Source: Gammaproteobacteria bacterium (lineage in GTDB: Bacteria; Pseudomonadota; Gammaproteobacteria; GCA-002705445; GCA-002716945). Taken from it: a DNA stretch of 64,000 nt. Both the position numbers and the translations under genes were made by a program. The notes beneath the pieces were generated by a model. That model searched no databases. It was not told the DNA's origin and saw nothing but the letters and a program-made list of their open reading frames with translations. Positions 57,450 to 64,000 of this stretch are shown here, one piece after another. Position 1 is the stretch's first letter; every line of letters starts with the position of its first letter. Location of the stretch: the NCBI GenBank assembly GCA_038142325.1, contig JAYQJW010000007.1, forward strand, positions 1 to 64,000, in the 5' to 3' direction.

Positions 57450-60041
57450 ATGGATATAAATAATATAAAGTTTACCGACAAAGTTCGAGAGATTTTGTCG
57501 ATTTCTAATGAGAACTCAAAACAAAGAAAGAATCAATTTGTTGATAATCCACATGTGATTTTGGCAATATTAAACACTAATTGTTTTGGTAAAAAATTAT
57601 TAGACTATTTTAAGATTGAACATCAAGACTTAGTTGATTTTTCTGAATCACTTATAAGTGATCTACCTGTTATTCAAAATCCAAATAATAAAATAGAAAT
57701 CACAACGTCACTATTAAAAGTAATACAGAAGTCTGATGAAACTGCAAAAAGCATGAATGACAAATATGTCGCTTCAGATTTATTAGTTTTTTATATTCTA
57801 TCCGATCAAAGTTTTAAGTCTTTCGTTAATAGACATCATATCAGTCTTACTAAGTTTAAAGATAAAATTAATTCTGATAGAAAAGTAAATGTAATAACCG
57901 ATTCATCACTTGAAGATGACGATGAATCTTTTTCTGAATATCTAATAAATATAACTGAAAAAGCTGAACAAGGTAAATTAGATCCTGTAATTGGCAGAGA
58001 TACTGAAATTAGAAGGACGATTCAAGTTCTTCAAAGAAGAACAAAGAATAATCCTATTTTAATTGGTGAGCCAGGTGTAGGTAAAACTGCAATTGTTGAG
58101 GGGCTAGCACAAAGAATTATTAATCACGAAGTTCCATCAGGACTTAAAGATAAAGTAATTATGCAACTTGATCTTGCTGCAATTTTGGCAGGCTCTAAAT
58201 TCAGAGGTGACTTTGAGGAAAGATTAAAAAAAGTTATTAATGAAATTGAAAATAATCGTGATAAGTACATTTTATTTGTAGATGAAATTCATACAATGGT
58301 TGGAGCAGGTAAAGCGGAAGGATCCATGGATGCAGGAAATATGTTAAAGCCTGCCTTAGCTCGAGGAGAACTTCATTGTATTGGTGCAACTACTCTTGAT
58401 GAATTTAGAGAAAATATTGAAAAAGATCCTGCATTAGAGAGAAGGTTTCAAAAAGTACTTATAGAACAACCTTCACAAGATGACACAATTGCTATTTTAA
58501 GAGGACTTAAAGAGAAATATGAAATACATCATGGAGTATCAATTTCAGATGCATCTATAATAGCTGCAACAAGACTTTCTATAAAATATATCACAGATAG
58601 AAACCTCCCAGACAAAGCTATAGATTTAATTGATGAATCAGCAAGTTTGATAAGAATGGAAATCGATTCGAAACCTGAGGATCTTGATGAATTAGACCGG
58701 AAAATTATCACTTTAAAAATTGAGAAAGAGGCTCTTAGTAAAAGTCAAGACAATGAACATGAAGCTATTGAAGAAATAGAAAATAAGCTAAGAGAGTTAG
58801 AACAAAAGTATCATGAGCTTGAAAAAATATGGATAGAAGAAAAAAACATACTCAATAAATCCAATTCTCTCAAATCACAACTTGAAGAGTCTCGTCTAGA
58901 GTTAGAGTCAGCAAAAAGAAATGGCGATTTAATGAAAATGGCTGAATTAAGACATGGTGTAATACCAGAGATTGAGACTAATCTTAAGAACGTTGAAAAT
59001 ATTAATCATAAAGATCTAAAACTTCTTCGAAATAAAGTTACAGAGGAGATTGTTGCATGCGTAGTTTCCAAATGGACAGGCATACCGGTATCATCCATGA
59101 TGTTATCTGAAAAGGAAAAATTACTTAACCTAGAAAAAAGATTGTCTGAAACTGTCATTGGGCAAGAAAATGCATCTTTGGCAATCAGCAATGCAATTCG
59201 AAGGTCACGATCCGGTATATCTAATCCTAATAAACCTAATGGCGTCTTTTTATTTTTAGGCCCTACTGGTGTTGGTAAGACTGAGCTAACTAAGGAATTA
59301 GCAAAATTACTTTTTGACAATGATGATTCTCTAATTAGATTGGATATGTCAGAATTTTCAGAAAAACATAATGTTTCAAGATTTATTGGTTCACCTCCAG
59401 GATATATTGGTTATGAACAAGGAGGCTCACTAACTGAGGCCATCAGAAGAAAACCTTATTCAGTTATACTTTTAGATGAAATAGAAAAAGCACATCCTGA
59501 GGTTCTAAATATTCTTCTTCAATTATTTGATGATGGTCGATTAACGGATGGTCAGGGAAGAGTAGTTGATTTTAAAAATACAATAATTATTATGACATCT
59601 AATTTAGGAGCTGAGTATTTTTCTGATACCAACGCTGATATTAAAAATAAGATAAAAGATATTATTCAAACTACTTTCAGACCAGAATTTATTAATAGAA
59701 TAGACGACATAATTGCATTTAATAAATTAACAATCCAAAATCTTCATACAATTACAATCAATCAACTATCTTATTTGTCTAAAAGAATATACGATGATAT
59801 GGATATAGATATAAATTTTGACACATCAGTAATAAATCACATTGCTAACACGGGTGATAATAATATTTATGGTGCTCGACCAATAAAAAGAAGAATTCAA
59901 AGCCAAATTGAAAATGAGCTTTCAAAATTAATTATTTCTGATGAGATTATTAAAGGCGGAAGTTATAATATAAGTTTTTTAGATGGACAGATTTCCTTCA
60001 GTACTAATCAAAAGCAACTACAATCAAATCCATCTTCTTGA
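57450..60041 (+). CDS. clpB: ClpB disaggregase
   Basis: Two AAA+ domains ([16 protein letters not shown]) with middle coiled coil; GYIGYEQGG. Confidence 0.95.
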   Translation: MDINNIKFTDKVREILSISNENSKQRKNQFVDNPHVILAILNTNCFGKKLLDYFKIEHQDLVDFSESLISDLPVIQNPNNKIEITTSLLKVIQKSDETAKSMNDKYVASDLLVFYILSDQSFKSFVNRHHISLTKFKDKINSDRKVNVITDSSLEDDDESFSEYLINITEKAEQGKLDPVIGRDTEIRRTIQVLQRRTKNNPILIGEPGVGKTAIVEGLAQRIINHEVPSGLKDKVIMQLDLAAILAGSKFRGDFEERLKKVINEIENNRDKYILFVDEIHTMVGAGKAEGSMDAGNMLKPALARGELHCIGATTLDEFRENIEKDPALERRFQKVLIEQPSQDDTIAILRGLKEKYEIHHGVSISDASIIAATRLSIKYITDRNLPDKAIDLIDESASLIRMEIDSKPEDLDELDRKIITLKIEKEALSKSQDNEHEAIEEIENKLRELEQKYHELEKIWIEEKNILNKSNSLKSQLEESRLELESAKRNGDLMKMAELRHGVIPEIETNLKNVENINHKDLKLLRNKVTEEIVACVVSKWTGIPVSSMMLSEKEKLLNLEKRLSETVIGQENASLAISNAIRRSRSGISNPNKPNGVFLFLGPTGVGKTELTKELAKLLFDNDDSLIRLDMSEFSEKHNVSRFIGSPPGYIGYEQGGSLTEAIRRKPYSVILLDEIEKAHPEVLNILLQLFDDGRLTDGQGRVVDFKNTIIIMTSNLGAEYFSDTNADIKNKIKDIIQTTFRPEFINRIDDIIAFNKLTIQNLHTITINQLSYLSKRIYDDMDIDINFDTSVINHIANTGDNNIYGARPIKRRIQSQIENELSKLIISDEIIKGGSYNISFLDGQISFSTNQKQLQSNPSS

Positions 60042-60692
60042 GTTTTGTAGATAATTCTTATAAGTGTCACCAAACACATTTTTTAAATATACCTCCTCTT
60101 TTTTTATGATCTTGTAATGTAGAAGAATTATAGTAACAACTGCTAATAAACTTATATGCAAAAAGCTCAATACCATACCAATACCTATTTGAAAAATCAC
60201 CAGAGCAAGATACATCGGATTTCTAATATATTTATAAATACCTGTAGTTAGAAGTTTATTAGTTTGTGTAACTGGATTGGGATCCTCATTATTAATCTTG
60301 AACAATCCTACAGAGAGATAAATAATTAAGAGCGATACTAATATTAAAAATGAACCCAATTCATAAGACCTAAAAACATTTAATATTTCAGGGAGTTTAT
60401 AGATTTGGAAAAAATATAAATTACTTACACCTATCAATAGTCCTAAATTGACTGAAAAAAGCATTATTAATGGCGGGTAAGTAGGAATTATCGCTGAATT
60501 TACAATATTTTTAGGAAAGTAAGAAATATGAATAAATAGTATAAATATAATCCCAGATAAAAAAGCCAGCAAACCCATATTCAGCGCTAATTCTATTTGA
60601 ATTTGTTCATCATTAAGATACCAATAAAAGAATCCATAATAATGATAAAGCATATTAATCATCAAAAAGTATGAACTAATTTTTTTCAACAT
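60024..60692 (-). CDS. Isoprenylcysteine carboxyl methyltransferase-family membrane protein
   Basis: GIYKYIRNPMY and EEVYL...FGDTY..Y....RRWI. Confidence 0.82.
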   Translation of the reverse strand: MLKKISSYFLMINMLYHYYGFFYWYLNDEQIQIELALNMGLLAFLSGIIFILFIHISYFPKNIVNSAIIPTYPPLIMLFSVNLGLLIGVSNLYFFQIYKLPEILNVFRSYELGSFLILVSLLIIYLSVGLFKINNEDPNPVTQTNKLLTTGIYKYIRNPMYLALVIFQIGIGMVLSFLHISLLAVVTIILLHYKIIKKEEVYLKNVFGDTYKNYLQNSRRWI

Positions 60693-61440
60693 ATTCGCTT
60701 AATCTAAAATAATCATTAACAGAGAGGTTTTCAGCACGTAAAGCATAATCAATTTTCAAATTATCAAAATCTGTTTTATTAAGAAAATTATCAAGTGATT
60801 TTCTAATCATTTTACGTCTACCTTCAAAAGCTGACTTCACTAGATCAAAAAAAATAATCTCTTGTTTCTTGTTATAGAAGATATTTTTTTTAGGTATGAA
60901 CTTTATAAATGATGATTTGACTTTAGGTTTTGGGAAAAAAACATTTTCGCTAATATTAAATAATCTCTTTACATTAAAATAGGCTTGAGCCATTACGCTC
61001 AGTCTTCCAAATGATTTTGAGTTATGTTCAGCAACTATTCTATCTACAACTTCTTTTTGTAGCATAAAATGCATATCTATAGTGTTTTTATGAGAACACA
61101 TTTTAAAAATTATTTCCGTAGAAATATTATATGGTAAATTTCCGATTACTCTTATGGGATAAGTTATGCTGTTAAGATCATACTTTAAGAAATCACAATG
61201 TATAATTTCTGTATTTGGATAACCATCAGTAATCTCATGTAGATGTTCTATTAAATTAGAATCTTTTTCTACTAGTGTTAATTTATTGATTCTATTAATT
61301 ACTGACTTCGTAAGTGCACCATCACCAGGACCTATTTCTAAAAATATTTCTGATTTAAGTGGTTTAATATGTTTTATAAGCTTATCAATGATATTTTGGT
61401 CTACAAGGAAATGTTGACCAAGTCTTTTTTTATATTGCAC
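60676..61440 (-). CDS. rsmA: 16S rRNA dimethyltransferase
   Basis: GQHFL, EIGPGDGALT, GNLPYNIS, MLQKEV and RAENLS. Confidence 0.96.
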   Translation of the reverse strand: MQYKKRLGQHFLVDQNIIDKLIKHIKPLKSEIFLEIGPGDGALTKSVINRINKLTLVEKDSNLIEHLHEITDGYPNTEIIHCDFLKYDLNSITYPIRVIGNLPYNISTEIIFKMCSHKNTIDMHFMLQKEVVDRIVAEHNSKSFGRLSVMAQAYFNVKRLFNISENVFFPKPKVKSSFIKFIPKKNIFYNKKQEIIFFDLVKSAFEGRRKMIRKSLDNFLNKTDFDNLKIDYALRAENLSVNDYFRLSEYVEKN

Positions 61441-62410
61441 TTTTAGAAATATTTTTTGCTACTTTCAATGACTGAACAAAACTAGCTATATTTACATCAC
61501 CTGTCCCAACTAGTTCTGTAGCAGTTCCATGATCAACGGATACTCTAATAATAGGTAATCCGAGTGTTACATTTGTTGTATGGCTAAAATCATTAAATTT
61601 AATTACTGGCAAACCTTGATCATGATACATGGTATGAATTACATCATATTTTTTTATGAATTTATCAATGAAGGCTGTATCTGCTGGCACAGGACCATCA
61701 ACTTTCAGACCCATTTTTTTTAATGACTTAATTGCAGGCTCGATAATATTAATTTCTTCTTTACCTAGAAGACCTTGCTCGCCAGCGTGAGGATTCAAAC
61801 CGCATAGCAATATTCTAGGATTTTTATATCCAAATTTATGCTTAAGATCATGATTGATAATTTTGATTTTTTCAATAATCTTAGCTTTAGTAATCTCTTT
61901 TGCAACTTTACTTAAAGGAATATGTATAGTTTGAAGTGTTACTTTTAGTTGGTTGTTCATTAGCATCATAATAGATTTAGATTTGCATATTTGAGCTAGA
62001 AACTCAGTATGCCCTGAGATTTTAAATCCACCTTGATTGAGTATAGATTTAGAAATTGGACCAGTAACCATCGCTCCAAAAGCCCCATCAAGACATCCCT
62101 GCGCTGCTTCTTTAATAGATTCTATTACAAACCCTGCATTTTTATAATTCATGTGTCCAGGTTTATTTTTGACATTCAGTTTAATTGGGAGAACATTGAT
62201 TACATTTGAACCACTGATTGTTTTTAAATCATTTTTTTTTAATTGATTTATATGAATCTTAGTTTTTAGTCTCTTTGCACTATCTAATAATATTGTTGGA
62301 TCAGTAATGACAATATGATTTCTATTAAGATGATCACGTGCCATTTTTACACAGATATCAGGTCCGATTGCCGCAGGATCCCCAAGAGTGATAGCTATTT
62401 TCTTACTCAT
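61430..62410 (-). CDS. pdxA: 4-hydroxythreonine-4-phosphate dehydrogenase
   Basis: GDPAAIGPD, GHTEFL, GLNPHAGE, MYHDQG and SVDHGTA. Confidence 0.96.
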   Translation of the reverse strand: MSKKIAITLGDPAAIGPDICVKMARDHLNRNHIVITDPTILLDSAKRLKTKIHINQLKKNDLKTISGSNVINVLPIKLNVKNKPGHMNYKNAGFVIESIKEAAQGCLDGAFGAMVTGPISKSILNQGGFKISGHTEFLAQICKSKSIMMLMNNQLKVTLQTIHIPLSKVAKEITKAKIIEKIKIINHDLKHKFGYKNPRILLCGLNPHAGEQGLLGKEEINIIEPAIKSLKKMGLKVDGPVPADTAFIDKFIKKYDVIHTMYHDQGLPVIKFNDFSHTTNVTLGLPIIRVSVDHGTATELVGTGDVNIASFVQSLKVAKNISKSAI

Positions 62411-63624
62411 TGTATAACTTTTATGTAAGCTTGATCTCTTAGCTTTGATAACCATTCTTTTTTGGCTACAAGAACTTTTCTATCTTTGAGGATAGAAATA
62501 ATCTGATTTCGTTGAATATCAGAATACATGTTCTTTGTTCTTTTATCTTCTAGGTAGAGAATATGCCAGCCATACTGTGTTTTAAAGGGTTCGCTAATTT
62601 CACCAATAGAAGTATTAATCATTACTCGTCTAAAGCTATCCACAACCAACTCTTTTGTTATCCATCCGAGTGACCCACCTTTTATGGCCGAGGTTTTATC
62701 AAGTGAATATTTTTTTGCATAATCAGAAAAATCATTACCATCAAGAACCTCTTTTTTTATCTTATAAAATTTCTCTTTGACTTTATCTATACCTTCCATC
62801 GGATTAGTTTTCATTAATATATGACTTACTTTATATTCATCTTTGAACATATTGCTTTTGAGAACTTTTAACATAGTAAAGCCCTTACCAGTTTGAAAAG
62901 TTTTAGTAAAATTGTTTTCATCAAGCACTTGAAGATTATTTTGGTATATATCTGGTAGCTTAGTAATTTGGATATCATTCAAGACTGATATCTCTATTTC
63001 ATAACCAGGATATTTTGTATTATTTTTCTCATCACCTTCAAGACGAATACTATCAAATAATATTTTCGCCTGACTTAAATTCAATTTTTTGTATTTGTCT
63101 TTTATTACATACTCTTGTAAATTTATGTTTGTCGATAATTCTGGTAGTGTATTATTTTGAATATAGCTATTGATTTCCTCCTCTGATACATAGGCCCTGT
63201 TAGTGAATTGAGTTCTAAGTAACTCTTGTCTTTTAATATTTTTTCTTAATATTTCTAGATAATTTATATAACTAAGACCACTATTTTCAATTTTCTCTTT
63301 GAGTTGAAGGACTGTTAAACCCTCTCTTTTTGCAATTGATCTAATTTGATTTTGAAGGTCAATATCAGACACATTAATACCTAGTCTTTCACTGGCTTGA
63401 TTCATGAGAGACTCTTCAATTAATTTTTCTAAGATATCGTTTTTAATTTTAGATAATTGGATTCTACTTAAGTTATTAATATCAATTTGTTGAAGTCTAT
63501 TATCTAGTTCTGATTTTAGTATTACGCGATCATTAACAATTGCTACAATGGAATCTTCTAAGGAGAAAGCAGGCTTCATACAAACCATGGCAAAGATAAT
63601 AATCGATATTTTTATTTTATTCAT
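62407..63624 (-). CDS. surA: Periplasmic chaperone SurA
   Basis: IVAIVNDRVILKSEL and parvulin domain SHILM...GGSLGW...PFKTQYGWHI; lptD-pdxA synteny. Confidence 0.9.
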   Translation of the reverse strand: MNKIKISIIIFAMVCMKPAFSLEDSIVAIVNDRVILKSELDNRLQQIDINNLSRIQLSKIKNDILEKLIEESLMNQASERLGINVSDIDLQNQIRSIAKREGLTVLQLKEKIENSGLSYINYLEILRKNIKRQELLRTQFTNRAYVSEEEINSYIQNNTLPELSTNINLQEYVIKDKYKKLNLSQAKILFDSIRLEGDEKNNTKYPGYEIEISVLNDIQITKLPDIYQNNLQVLDENNFTKTFQTGKGFTMLKVLKSNMFKDEYKVSHILMKTNPMEGIDKVKEKFYKIKKEVLDGNDFSDYAKKYSLDKTSAIKGGSLGWITKELVVDSFRRVMINTSIGEISEPFKTQYGWHILYLEDKRTKNMYSDIQRNQIISILKDRKVLVAKKEWLSKLRDQAYIKVIQ

Positions 63625-64000
63625 AATCTGTTCGATCCATATATCCAGGTATTCCTCTTCTCAGCAAAGCTGATGTTTTGTTGTTTGTTGTTGTGAGGCC
63701 TTTAGGCAAAAATTCAAAATATAAAACATTATCTTTTTTTGCCCCAGTCCAGTAGTCTCTAGCCACAACTTTAAGTGAATAACAACAACTGTCAAATTCT
63801 ATACCTATCATGGTATCAATTAAATCTTCTGTATTACTTCTATTATTGGAAAACGAATAATTATATTTGCCAACTAGAGAAAACTCTTTATTGAAAGAAT
63901 ATACTCCCGATAAGTCAATTTCTTCTTCACTACCTCTGATAAAGCGATAATCAGTATTAAATATTTTATTTCTCGAACCAGAGCTAGCATCATATCGATA
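63617..64000 (-). CDS. lptD: LPS assembly protein LptD, C-terminal part
   Basis: GIEFDSCCY and LLRRGIPGY; directly upstream of surA. Confidence 0.85.
   Translation of the reverse strand, partial: YRYDASSGSRNKIFNTDYRFIRGSEEEIDLSGVYSFNKEFSLVGKYNYSFSNNRSNTEDLIDTMIGIEFDSCCYSLKVVARDYWTGAKKDNVLYFEFLPKGLTTTNNKTSALLRRGIPGYMDRTDYE

Noticed and set aside
1004-59320. Short antisense or overlapping ORFs in the ORF track (e.g. 1004-1207, 25923-26186, 35687-36058, 52094-52543, 59006-59320)
   Set aside because: They are shadows of well-supported genes on the other strand or frame, with no recognisable motifs.
1-64000. tRNA, rRNA, IS elements, integrases or prophage genes
   Set aside because: None recognised; intergenic spaces are short and mostly accounted for.

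Overview
AT-rich, densely packed chromosomal segment of a gammaproteobacterial sulfur oxidizer, probably a streamlined marine lineage. It carries a complete reverse dissimilatory sulfite reductase operon (dsrABEFHCMKLJOPNR, 25.0-37.2 kb). Divergent from it is an accessory cluster: a TauD-like dioxygenase, a small protein, an orphan Cas6/Cmx6-like endoribonuclease with no CRISPR array or other cas gene in the window, a cysteine-free DsrC paralogue, a small protein and an Alvin_2107-like protein. Other content: siroheme synthase, PEP carboxylase, a copper TonB-uptake module headed by a CxxC/RAPP (CruR/DUF2946-like) leader ORF, a molybdoenzyme/flavoprotein pair divergent from DUF1326, a barrel-only inverse autotransporter with a secreted partner, an AlkB-family di-iron enzyme, a tandem SAM-II/terminator/SAM-V riboswitch in front of an unrecognised gene, sigma54-driven amtB, and housekeeping blocks (murJ-ribF-ileS-lspA-fkpB-ispH, rplU-rpmA-obgE-proB, lptD-surA-pdxA-rsmA, clpB). 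A 20-bp palindrome (ATATTR-N8-TAATAT type) recurs upstream of dsrA, dsrL, the Cys-free DsrC paralogue, DUF1326 and the AlkB-like gene, suggesting one sulfur regulon. About 20 single-base reading-frame breaks, several in core genes, look like long-read sequencing errors rather than pseudogenes. All calls come from reading the sequence; no database searches were run.
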